Assembly: GCA_003696975.1 (NCBI GenBank)
Contig: RFGT01000122.1
Span: 1 to 55,721, forward strand
Source: Nitrospirota bacterium
GTDB taxonomy: Bacteria; Nitrospirota; Nitrospiria; Nitrospirales; UBA8639
Direction: 5' to 3'
DNA length: 55,721 nt
How positions within the stretch are numbered: the first letter of the stretch is position 1; the number at the start of each line of letters is the position of its first letter. The notes under the pieces are model-generated. The model ran no database searches. It was not told the origin of the DNA and worked only from the letters and a program-made list of their open reading frames with translations. The position numbers and the translations under genes are program-made. This document shows positions 45,211-53,937 of the stretch, one piece after another.

Positions 45211-45272
45211 GGGTGGAATATGACAAGCATACCAGCCTGTTCCTCTTGGTGTTTCCAATTCATGCCCAAGCA

Positions 45273-46439
45273 ATGGGTATGCTCATGAGCCGTCGCGCGA
45301 ATCCCACGCTAATCGGCCTGTTTGTACTCGGGGCACTCGTGCTTCTGTTTATAGGGGTCATCGTGTTTGGGGCGGATATCTTCTTGTCCAAGCGCATTCC
45401 CTGGGTCTTATATTTTGAGGAGTCCATCAAAGGCTTGCACGTCGGTGCACCAGTCAATTTCCGCGGGGTGAAAATAGGAGTCGTCACTGACATCAAAGTG
45501 GTGTTGGACCCCAAGACCAATTCCATTCGCACTCCCGTGTATATTGAGATTGAAGAAGCCCGGATCACACAGACCAGAATTCCCGTTACCGACAAACGGG
45601 GAGTTATTCATCGACTCGTGAACGCGCTCTTCTCGATGGAACTGGACACGTTTGAGAGTCGACAGCAAGTGCAAAAGTTAATCCAGCAGGGACTCCGTGC
45701 CCAGCTTGAAATGCAAAGTTTCGTTACCGGAAAACTCTCTATTGGGCTGGACTTTCATCCCAACACCCCCATCACGCTGCATCACTATGATGACCCCTAT
45801 CCCGAATTTCCGACGATCCCCACACGCTTTGAAAAATTGACAACCACACTGGAAGACGTGCCCATTGACCAGTTGGTGACAGGTATTATTCGAGCCATTC
45901 ATGGTATCGAGCGCTTAGTCACTGCTCCGGAATGGCTACAGACGCTCACCGCGCTGGAGGCAACCTTGCAGAGTTTTCAGGATCTTGCGCAAACCCTGGA
46001 GACGAATGCGGACTCGCTTTCCGCTCGTCTCGAGCATGCGATCGAGGCTGGACAAGGGGCCTTGGTCCAACTCGAGAAAACCCTCGCTTTGGAAGAAGGC
46101 CAACCTGGCCGTCTAGCCCGTAAGTTCGAAGAGGCTGCCGATGCTGCCCGTGCAGCCATGGATCAAGCTCATGTCGCATTGGCTTTCCAAGAAGGCCCAA
46201 CAGCGCAGTTGATCGAGGAGCTGCACGATACTACCCAAACGGCCCAAGCCACGCTCCGGCAAGCGCAAAAAACTCTTGTGGCCGCTCAGCACATGGTTGA
46301 CGAGCGCTCTCCTTTAGGCTATGAACTGACAACCACCCTTCATGAGCTGGCAGCCGCAGCCCGAGCGATCCGCCACATGGCCGAGTACCTTGAACGACAC
46401 CCTGAGGCTTTATTCTATGGGAAGACACCAAATCCCTAA
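45273..46439 (+). CDS. MCE-domain protein with long C-terminal helical region (PqiB/MlaD-like)
   Basis: It has a TM segment (LIGLFVLGALVLLFIGVIVF) and an MCE domain (GLHVGAPVNFRGVKIGVVTDI). About 200 aa of Ala/Glu/Leu/Gln-rich helix follow. The start is one of the ATGs at 45273-45285. Confidence 0.8.
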   Translation: MGMLMSRRANPTLIGLFVLGALVLLFIGVIVFGADIFLSKRIPWVLYFEESIKGLHVGAPVNFRGVKIGVVTDIKVVLDPKTNSIRTPVYIEIEEARITQTRIPVTDKRGVIHRLVNALFSMELDTFESRQQVQKLIQQGLRAQLEMQSFVTGKLSIGLDFHPNTPITLHHYDDPYPEFPTIPTRFEKLTTTLEDVPIDQLVTGIIRAIHGIERLVTAPEWLQTLTALEATLQSFQDLAQTLETNADSLSARLEHAIEAGQGALVQLEKTLALEEGQPGRLARKFEEAADAARAAMDQAHVALAFQEGPTAQLIEELHDTTQTAQATLRQAQKTLVAAQHMVDERSPLGYELTTTLHELAAAARAIRHMAEYLERHPEALFYGKTPNP

Positions 46440-47100
46440 ACGGCTATTTCACGGAAATTGGAAACAAGTGGTTACGATCGCGGCGGTCCTCGGCATCAGC
46501 GCCGCCTGTGTGGGGTGCGCTGAAACCCAACCCTCTCGGTTTTATCTTCTTCAGCCAGTAGCCCCTGTTCCTCCACAACCCGTGTCACTTCCTGCTGGAT
46601 TGGCCGTCGGCCTTGGACCAATTGAGCTGCCCGAATACTTGGATCGTCCTCAAATGGTTACCTTCCTCAGCCTCCATGAAGTCCATCTCGCGGAATTCCA
46701 CAACTGGGTTGAGCCCCTCTCTGACATGATTCCTCGCGTCCTTGCCGAAAACTTGACCCGCCTGCTGAACACCGAGGCTGTATTCATTTATCCATGGAAA
46801 CGCGCCAATCCGGTGGCTTACCATATTCCTGTTACCTTCATCCGCTTTGATGCCTCGCAACGTGGCGAGATCTCGCTTGTAGCAAGATGGGCCATCCTAA
46901 CCGGTCTAGACCGGCAGACACTGCTGCAAAAACGATCCGAAATCCATCTCCAGGCAAGAGGAAACACCCATGAAGCATTGGCCGCCGCATTAAGTGAAGC
47001 ATTAGCCCGCTTCAGCCAAGAACTTGCCAAGGCCGTGCAAGCCCTGGCTTCACGCTCGTCTTTACCCACCAACGAGAGAAGCCATGCACGACCGAGTTGA
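46417..47100 (+). CDS. ABC-type transport auxiliary lipoprotein (PqiC/DUF330-like)
   Basis: It has a lipobox (LGISAACVGC) followed by SRFYLL, and its size and position after an MCE gene fit the family. It overlaps the preceding gene by 23 nt if the ATG at 46417 is used. Confidence 0.65.
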   Translation: MGRHQIPKRLFHGNWKQVVTIAAVLGISAACVGCAETQPSRFYLLQPVAPVPPQPVSLPAGLAVGLGPIELPEYLDRPQMVTFLSLHEVHLAEFHNWVEPLSDMIPRVLAENLTRLLNTEAVFIYPWKRANPVAYHIPVTFIRFDASQRGEISLVARWAILTGLDRQTLLQKRSEIHLQARGNTHEALAAALSEALARFSQELAKAVQALASRSSLPTNERSHARPS

Positions 47101-47129
47101 GTTCACGGTCCATGGGCATCTCGTGGACC

Positions 47130-47780
47130 TCAGGAAGGAAAAGAAAGACCGAGTTCGGCTGCCGATGCCGTCGTGGCACCGGCCTGACGCATCGCCTCCA
47201 AGGCTTTCTCACAGTCCCCAGGGTGAACCTCAACGCCTTGGATGGCATCAGTCAGCACAATAGTCCGAAACCCTAGGCGGCAAGCATCAATCACTGTCTG
47301 CTTGACGCAGTAATCCGTCGCCAACCCCAGCACACAAACGGTGCGCACGCCTAAATCGTGAAGCCGTTCCTGGAGAGAGGTGCCATCAAATCCGGAGTAC
47401 GCATCCGCTCGCGGATCCGTTCCTTTCGACACTACCATCGTACCAGGCGGCATCACCAAATCAGGATGGAATTGTGCTCCCCAGGATCCCTGCACACAGT
47501 GAACCGGCCAAGGCCCTCCCTGTTCACGAAAGGAGCAATGGTTGGCAGGATGCCAATCTCGGGTGGCGATCACAGGCAGTCCTTGCTCGTGAAACCACCG
47601 AATATAGGCATTAATCTTGGGAATGAGCTGATGGGCCTCCTTCACGCCCAATGCGCCCCCGGGGAAAAAGTCATTCTGGAGATCAACCAAGACCAACCCG
47701 CTTTCCTGATCCAGCTGCACGCCGGATTGTTGGGTCGTGGGCTCCGACTGGACGGTCTGTTGGAGCTTAGTCAGCTTCAT
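47130..47780 (-). CDS. pncA: nicotinamidase/pyrazinamidase (isochorismatase family)
   Basis: LVLVDLQNDFFPGGALGV, the metal/His region (TRDWHPANHCSF) and the catalytic Cys context (LGLATDYCVKQT) are present. The start is ATG 47780 or TTG 47825. Confidence 0.8.
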   Translation of the reverse strand: MKLTKLQQTVQSEPTTQQSGVQLDQESGLVLVDLQNDFFPGGALGVKEAHQLIPKINAYIRWFHEQGLPVIATRDWHPANHCSFREQGGPWPVHCVQGSWGAQFHPDLVMPPGTMVVSKGTDPRADAYSGFDGTSLQERLHDLGVRTVCVLGLATDYCVKQTVIDACRLGFRTIVLTDAIQGVEVHPGDCEKALEAMRQAGATTASAAELGLSFPS

Positions 47781-47825
47781 GACAGCACGGAACTCCTCGT
47801 TATGGCTCGCAAGCCATTGCCACAA

Positions 47826-48740
47826 TCACGCCACAATCTCCGTACCGATCCCTTTGTCGGTAAAAATTTCCAACAAGATGGCATGGGGCACCCGGCCATC
47901 AATAATATGAGCTTTGTGCACTCCTGATTCAATCCCCGTGAGACAGGCCCTGACTTTCGGCAGCATCCCTTCGCGAATAATGCCTTTTTTCACCATCCGC
48001 TCCACATCTTTTCGGGACACCGTGGAAAGATGATGGCCATCGGCATCTCGAATCCCCTTGACGTCCGACAGCACCAATAGCTTCTCCGCCCGCAGAGACG
48101 CGGCAATGGCGCCAGCCACCAGGTCCGCATTAATATTATGTGTGCGTCCTTTCCGGTCGACTCCAATCGGAGCAATCACCGGAATGAAATGATCCTGCTG
48201 GAGTTTGATCAGGACATGGGGATCGATTTTTTCCACTTCCCCTACCAACCCGTAGTCCTCATCGGACGAACCGTGATCTTCTTGCGTCAATCCGTGAGCC
48301 CATGCCTTGGCGCTAAAGGGTTTCGAGAGAATCAAATTTCCATCTTTGCCGGTCAAGCCGACGGCCTTGGCCCCATGCTGATTGAGCAGGGTCACAATGC
48401 TCTTGTTGATGGTTGCGCCCAGGACCATTTCTACGACTTCCATGGTTGCCGGATCTGTGACGCGAACCCCCCGCTTGAAGGTAGGCTGAATACCCAGCCG
48501 AGAGAGAAAATGATCGATCTGGGGACCGCCACCATGGACAATCACGGGGTTTAATCCTACATATTTCAGCAAGACCACATCTTCGGCAAACCCCTCTTTG
48601 AGTTCTTCCTGGGTCATAGCCTTGCCCCCGTATTTGATGACGAAGGTCTTGCCGGCAAACGTCCGGATATACGGGAGGGCCTCCACTAAAATATCGGCTT
48701 TTTTAATCAACTGATTCATGAGAGCATCCTTGTCTGTCAC
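47826..48740 (-). CDS. argB: acetylglutamate kinase
   Basis: FVIKYGGKAM, VIVHGGGPQI and the INADLVAGAIAA motifs are present. Confidence 0.95.
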   Translation of the reverse strand: MTDKDALMNQLIKKADILVEALPYIRTFAGKTFVIKYGGKAMTQEELKEGFAEDVVLLKYVGLNPVIVHGGGPQIDHFLSRLGIQPTFKRGVRVTDPATMEVVEMVLGATINKSIVTLLNQHGAKAVGLTGKDGNLILSKPFSAKAWAHGLTQEDHGSSDEDYGLVGEVEKIDPHVLIKLQQDHFIPVIAPIGVDRKGRTHNINADLVAGAIAASLRAEKLLVLSDVKGIRDADGHHLSTVSRKDVERMVKKGIIREGMLPKVRACLTGIESGVHKAHIIDGRVPHAILLEIFTDKGIGTEIVA

Positions 48741-48744
48741 ACAC

Positions 48745-50151
48745 CTACAGGATATACCGGCTGAGATCGTGATCGATTACAATGTCCTTGAGCTGTTCCC
48801 GAACATAGGCCGCATCAATGATGACTTTCTTTTCACGGGATTCTTGAGCTTCAAATGACACCTCCTCCAGAAGCCGCTCAACAATGGTAAATAATCGGCG
48901 CGCTCCAATGTTTTCCGTCTGCTCATTGACCTGGGCTGCAAGAGCTGCAATCTCTTCGAGTCCATCGGGCGTGAATTCAAGGTGGATTCCTTCAGTGGCC
49001 AACAGGGCTTGATATTGCTTGACGAGAGCATTGCGGGGTTCGGTTAGGATGCGGATCAAATCGGCTTTGGTCAAGGGCTCCAGTTCAACCCGAATGGGGA
49101 ACCGGCCTTGCAGCTCCGGAATAAGATCAGCGGGCTTGGCCACATGAAACGCTCCCGCAGCAATAAACAGGATATGATCCGTTCGCACTGGCCCATACTT
49201 GGTATTGACTGTCGAGCCCTCAACAATCGGGAGGAGGTCCCGCTGGACCCCTTCGCGAGAGATATCCGGTCCCATGGTTTTCTCCCGACCCGCAATTTTG
49301 TCGATTTCGTCAAGAAACACAATCCCCGACTGCTCCACCCGCTTGATCGCCTCCTTGGTCACTTCATCCATGTCAATCAACTTTTGGGCCTCCTCCTGGG
49401 CAAGATATTTCAATGCATCTGGAACCTTCATGACCCGGTTCTTCTTCTTTCCAGGGAGGAGCCCCCCTAGCATTTCCCTGAGACTATTCTCGAGTTCCTC
49501 CATCCCTCCGACATGAGAAATGATTCCCACCGGCAACCCTCGTTCTTTGACCTCGATTTCCACAGTCCGTTTATCAAGCTTGCCTTCCCGCAGTTGCAAG
49601 CGCAGCTTGGACCGCGTCGTTTCCCGCCTTTCGGCTCTTGCAGAATCCGCCTCAGCCTCTTCGCCGTCACCTCCCAAGCCATGGGGTCGTTGCGACGGCG
49701 CTGGAGGCAAGAGCAGATCAAGCAGCCGCTCTTCAGCCAACTCCTCAGCTCTGTGGCGAACCTGCTCCAAGGAAGCGGCTTTAACCATGTTCACCGCCTG
49801 TTCGGTTAAATCGCGAATAATGGATTCCACATCGCGTCCGACATAGCCCACTTCGGTAAACTTGGACGCTTCTACCTTGATGAACGGGGCATTCGCCAAT
49901 TTAGCCAAGCGCCGGGAAATTTCTGTCTTCCCCACACCAGTGGGCCCGATCATAATGATGTTCTTTGGGAAAATTTCTTCTCGAAGTTCGGGGCTTAATT
50001 GTTGACGTCGCCATCGATTCCGTAGAGCGATGGCTACCATGCGTTTCGCATCCCGTTGGCCAATGACATAACGATCCAATTCCTCCACGATCTGCCGGGG
50101 AGTCAGCTCATCAAGCGTGCGAGCGGGCAACGTCGTCTCATCGGGTGCCAT
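48745..50151 (-). CDS. hslU: ATP-dependent protease ATPase subunit HslU
   Basis: [34 protein letters not shown], Walker [16 protein letters not shown] and Walker [11 protein letters not shown] are present. Confidence 0.95.
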   Translation of the reverse strand: MAPDETTLPARTLDELTPRQIVEELDRYVIGQRDAKRMVAIALRNRWRRQQLSPELREEIFPKNIIMIGPTGVGKTEISRRLAKLANAPFIKVEASKFTEVGYVGRDVESIIRDLTEQAVNMVKAASLEQVRHRAEELAEERLLDLLLPPAPSQRPHGLGGDGEEAEADSARAERRETTRSKLRLQLREGKLDKRTVEIEVKERGLPVGIISHVGGMEELENSLREMLGGLLPGKKKNRVMKVPDALKYLAQEEAQKLIDMDEVTKEAIKRVEQSGIVFLDEIDKIAGREKTMGPDISREGVQRDLLPIVEGSTVNTKYGPVRTDHILFIAAGAFHVAKPADLIPELQGRFPIRVELEPLTKADLIRILTEPRNALVKQYQALLATEGIHLEFTPDGLEEIAALAAQVNEQTENIGARRLFTIVERLLEEVSFEAQESREKKVIIDAAYVREQLKDIVIDHDLSRYIL

Positions 50152-50687
50152 TATCCAGATAACTCCTCAATTAGAATATGCTCATTCGTATAGATATCAA
50201 TGCCTCCAGCAATACGAAGCGCTTCTTCCACTATCGCTCGCGCTTCCAATGAAGAATGGGCCAGCAACGCTCTTGCTGCCGCGAGAGCGTAGGGACCACC
50301 TGATCCGATTGCTAGAATCCCGTCCTCCGGTTCCACTACATCCCCGGTTCCAGAAATCACGAACGACTGCTTGGCATCGGCAACGGCCAGCAACGCCTCG
50401 AGCCGCCGCAATACACGGTCCGTTCGCCAATCTTTTGCCAATTCCACCGTGGCGCGAGTAAGATTGACGCGATATTCTTCAAGCGTGACCTCAACCTTTT
50501 CGAACAAGGTAAAGGCATCAGCCGTTGCGCCCGCAAACCCCGCCAACACCGTTCCTTGATACATGCGGCGCACCTTCCGCGCATTGCGTTTCATCACCGT
50601 CGTCCCCACTGTCACCTGTCCGTCCGCAGCCATGGCCACTGTCCCGTTCCGGCGTACGGACACAATGGTGGTCGAATGGAATTTCAT
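50151..50687 (-). CDS. hslV: ATP-dependent protease subunit HslV
   Basis: The N-terminal catalytic Thr context ([10 protein letters not shown]) and [14 protein letters not shown] are present. It overlaps hslU by 1 nt and xerC by 4 nt. Confidence 0.95.
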   Translation of the reverse strand: MKFHSTTIVSVRRNGTVAMAADGQVTVGTTVMKRNARKVRRMYQGTVLAGFAGATADAFTLFEKVEVTLEEYRVNLTRATVELAKDWRTDRVLRRLEALLAVADAKQSFVISGTGDVVEPEDGILAIGSGGPYALAAARALLAHSSLEARAIVEEALRIAGGIDIYTNEHILIEELSG

Positions 50688-51655
50688 GCCCCTCCGCTCG
50701 GAAGAGCCACCGCATCCGGCGGCGCGACCTTCGCACGGGGATGCGCCTGATCATACACGGCCATCAATTGATCCATGGCCAGATGCGTGTACTTTTGGGT
50801 CGTGCTAAGCGAGGCATGCCCTAGTAAGTCCTGAATGACACGAAGGTCCGCTCCTTCATCGAGAAGATGTGTGGCAAAGGAATGTCGAAGAGCATGAGGG
50901 CTTACTCGACCGCGCAACAATCGTTGCGCATAATGCTTGACAATGCGCTCGATACTGCGAGCCGACAACCGCCCCCCTCGGAGATTGCGAAAGACGGGTA
51001 TCCGTAATGGAGCAGGCCTTACCTGACCGTTTTCCTCGATGGTCAACCGAGGAGGAACGCGATCCCGATATGCCTGAATCGCCTGAATGGCCATCTCTCC
51101 CAATGGAACAAGTCGCTCCTTATTACCCTTTCCTTGCAATCGGACCAAGCCTTCATCCAGATCCACATCCTTCCAATCGAGAGCCACAATCTCGCTGACC
51201 CGAGCTCCTGTCGAGTACAGTGTTTCCAAAAGAGCCCAATCACGGACGGCTTTCACCCCTTGAGCCTGCCCGGGAAACTCCATCAAGCGATTGGCTTCAT
51301 CCTTAGTCAAGACCACAGGCAAATGTTTCGCTTTGCGCGGAGTGCGGACGGCTTGAGCGGGATTGTAGGTCGCCCAGTTTCGATGGACCAAAAACGCATA
51401 CAAACTTCGAAGGGACGACACCTTCCTGGCCTGGGAGGACTTCTTCTGGCGTTTCATCCCCAGCCAGGCAAGATACCGACGAATGATCCCCTCATCAATC
51501 GACACCGGGGTGAGTGAAGCCGGTGTTTCAGCCTTTTCCTGGCATACAAATTCCAGAAATTGGCGGAGATCTGACCGATAACTCCGAATGGTTTCCGGGG
51601 AGGCACCCCGCTCACGCTCTAGGTAGGTCAGAAAAGCGCGAATTGCGTTTTCCAT
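50684..51655 (-). CDS. xerC: tyrosine recombinase XerC/XerD type
   Basis: The tyrosine recombinase catalytic set is present ([38 protein letters not shown]). It sits in a housekeeping trmFO-xerC-hslVU context. Confidence 0.9.
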   Translation of the reverse strand: MENAIRAFLTYLERERGASPETIRSYRSDLRQFLEFVCQEKAETPASLTPVSIDEGIIRRYLAWLGMKRQKKSSQARKVSSLRSLYAFLVHRNWATYNPAQAVRTPRKAKHLPVVLTKDEANRLMEFPGQAQGVKAVRDWALLETLYSTGARVSEIVALDWKDVDLDEGLVRLQGKGNKERLVPLGEMAIQAIQAYRDRVPPRLTIEENGQVRPAPLRIPVFRNLRGGRLSARSIERIVKHYAQRLLRGRVSPHALRHSFATHLLDEGADLRVIQDLLGHASLSTTQKYTHLAMDQLMAVYDQAHPRAKVAPPDAVALPSGGA

Positions 51656-52944
51656 ACCTGAAACTCTTGGAGGGCGCGTTGTCGGATTGCCTGGCGTTTT
51701 TGTTGACGGTCTCGCAGGCGATAGGGAAGCGGGGGAAACAAGCCAAAGTTCGTATTGATCGGCTGAAAGTGTCGAGGATCGCTCGTCGTAAGATAGGTAA
51801 TCAGCGCACCATGGGCAGTCGTGGGAGGCGGAACCACCAAAGGAAGTCCTTGAAGACCACGAGCAGCGTTGATGCCGGCTAAGCCGCCCATGGCAGCAGA
51901 CTCCACATACCCTTCCACCCCTACTAATTGTCCCGCCAGAAAGATTTTCTCTCGAGCCTTAAGCTGGAGCGTATCTTTTAAGACGGCTGGAGCGTTTACA
52001 AACGTATTGCGATGAACGCTGCCATAACGGAGAAATTCTGCCTGTTCCAATCCGGGAATCATGCGAAACACGCGCCGTTGCTCAGGGTAAGTCAATTTGG
52101 TCTGAAAGCCCACTATATTATAACAGGACCCATGCCGATTCTCTGCCCGAAGTTGCACCACCGCATAAGGCAAGATTCCTGTGCGAGGATCTGGCAGTCC
52201 CACGGGCTTCAATGGACCAAACAAGAGTGTCTGACGGCCGCGCTCAGCCATCACTTCAATGGGCAGACACCCTTCGAAGTAAGGAATCTGTTCAAAATCT
52301 TTGGCCTGCACTTTCTCGGCTGTAAGCAGCGCCTCATAAAAGGCATGATATGTCGGCTCGTCCATAGGACAATTCAGGTAGTCCTCGCCGCCCTTGCCGT
52401 AGCGAGAGGCACGGAACACGGTTTCCATATTAATGGATTCGGCATCGATGATCGGGCTAATAGCGTCATAAAAGGCTAAATTCTTCGATTGGGTCAGCGT
52501 TCGCAAGGTGTTCGCGAGCTTCTCGGATGTTAGGGGTCCTGTGGCAATAATGCTGAACGCATCAGATGGGATCTCATCAACTTCTTCACGAAGAATTCGG
52601 ATATTCCCATGGCCCTCCAACGCCGCGGTAATCTCCCGCGCAAAACACTCCCGATCGACAGCCAATGCCGAGCCTGCCGGCACCTTGGCGTGTTCCGCGG
52701 CCTGGAGAATCAGAGAATTCAGCATGCGCATTTCCTCTTTTAAAATCCCTGGTGCACTGCAGGGATCATTCGACCCTAACGAGTTTGAACACACCAACTC
52801 CGCTAAATATCCGGTCTTATGCGCTGGGGTGCTTTCTTTGGGCCGCATCTCATAGAGGATGACCTTCATCCCCCGATTTGCGGCTTGCCAAGCAGCCTCG
52901 GAACCCGCTAATCCCCCGCCTACAATGACGATTTCTGGTCGCAT
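51628..52944 (-). CDS. trmFO: methylenetetrahydrofolate--tRNA-(uracil-5-)-methyltransferase
   Basis: The FAD motif IVIVGGGLAGSEAAWQ is present, with full-length Gid/TrmFO-like sequence (LAELVCSNSL, LFLAGQLVGVEGYVESAA). Confidence 0.95.
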   Translation of the reverse strand: MRPEIVIVGGGLAGSEAAWQAANRGMKVILYEMRPKESTPAHKTGYLAELVCSNSLGSNDPCSAPGILKEEMRMLNSLILQAAEHAKVPAGSALAVDRECFAREITAALEGHGNIRILREEVDEIPSDAFSIIATGPLTSEKLANTLRTLTQSKNLAFYDAISPIIDAESINMETVFRASRYGKGGEDYLNCPMDEPTYHAFYEALLTAEKVQAKDFEQIPYFEGCLPIEVMAERGRQTLLFGPLKPVGLPDPRTGILPYAVVQLRAENRHGSCYNIVGFQTKLTYPEQRRVFRMIPGLEQAEFLRYGSVHRNTFVNAPAVLKDTLQLKAREKIFLAGQLVGVEGYVESAAMGGLAGINAARGLQGLPLVVPPPTTAHGALITYLTTSDPRHFQPINTNFGLFPPLPYRLRDRQQKRQAIRQRALQEFQVWKTQFALF

Positions 52945-53085
52945 ATCACACCGTTTCTTATTGTCGAGAGAAAAAATTGTACGTACCCCTGGAAAACCCT
53001 GTCAAGAAAATGATCACACCATTTCGCACTGATGGATTCTCTCTCTACGAGAGCCTAGAAGCTGTGGGGTTACCCTTATCTTATG

Positions 53086-53937
53086 CTATGCTCGAGCGGG
53101 GCGGAGTCCAAGCTGGTGCACGAGAGGGCTTAAGGCTTCAATCACTTGACCGTGGCATTTCCCGTTCGTGGCCACCAGACCCTGTGTATTCTTGAGGTTC
53201 CCTGGTTGATATCGTAGAGGCTCCCCAAGAAGATTGGTCAATTGGCCGCCCGCGCCTTTGAGAATGGCCTCAGGACCGCACGAATCCCAGGCGCTAGTAT
53301 AAGGTCCTGGTTCAACATAGAGATCCGCAATCTGCTGCACAATCAGTCCAACTTTCAACCCTACACTCCCGCAGGGAATCTCTTGAGCGACCCCTAGATG
53401 CTCGCGGATTTGATCTAAACGGGCATGGCGATGCGAACGCGAGACCACGAGTCCAAGATTCGACAGCTTATGTTTGTCGGAGACCTGCACAGGTCGCGGC
53501 TCCCCCGGTGGAACTTCCATCCAGGCCCCCTGCCCCACGACGCCGCTGTACAGAATACCCTTGTCGGGACCGAAGACCACTCCAAGTCGTGCCTGTCCGT
53601 GAATGGCCAATCCAATCATGACGGCAAATTCTCCGTTTTTGGCGATAAATTCCCTTGTCCCATCAAGGGGATCCACATACCAAATGCGTTCCACTTGGTT
53701 GGAGACCACAGGCACAGGGCTTTCTTCCGCAACAATGAGATCCCAAGGAAACCGCTGCCTCAACCCCTCGACAATGAGGGTATTCGCACGACGGTCGGCT
53801 TCGGTCACTGGGTCTCCCTTTCCCTTGTAAGCCACGGTAAAATCGGTGGCATAAATTTCCATGATAAGCGCCCCAGCCTCTTTTGCGAGTTGAACCGCCA
53901 CCGTGAGCTCCTCTGCCAGGTCAAGCGTGGAGGTCAT
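53086..53937 (-). CDS. inositol monophosphatase family protein, CysQ-like 3'(2'),5'-bisphosphate nucleotidase
   Basis: IMPase motifs are present: DPVTEADRRAN, WYVDPLDGTREF and a C-terminal WDSCGPEAIL-type motif. Confidence 0.8.
   Translation of the reverse strand: MTSTLDLAEELTVAVQLAKEAGALIMEIYATDFTVAYKGKGDPVTEADRRANTLIVEGLRQRFPWDLIVAEESPVPVVSNQVERIWYVDPLDGTREFIAKNGEFAVMIGLAIHGQARLGVVFGPDKGILYSGVVGQGAWMEVPPGEPRPVQVSDKHKLSNLGLVVSRSHRHARLDQIREHLGVAQEIPCGSVGLKVGLIVQQIADLYVEPGPYTSAWDSCGPEAILKGAGGQLTNLLGEPLRYQPGNLKNTQGLVATNGKCHGQVIEALSPLVHQLGLRPARA

Noticed and set aside
50684-51655. The tyrosine recombinase as a marker of a prophage, integron or genomic island.
   Set aside because: It sits in the conserved housekeeping arrangement trmFO-xerC-hslV-hslU (the gid-codV-clpQ-clpY order known from Bacillus). 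It overlaps its neighbours by a few nucleotides. No att-like repeats or phage genes flank it.
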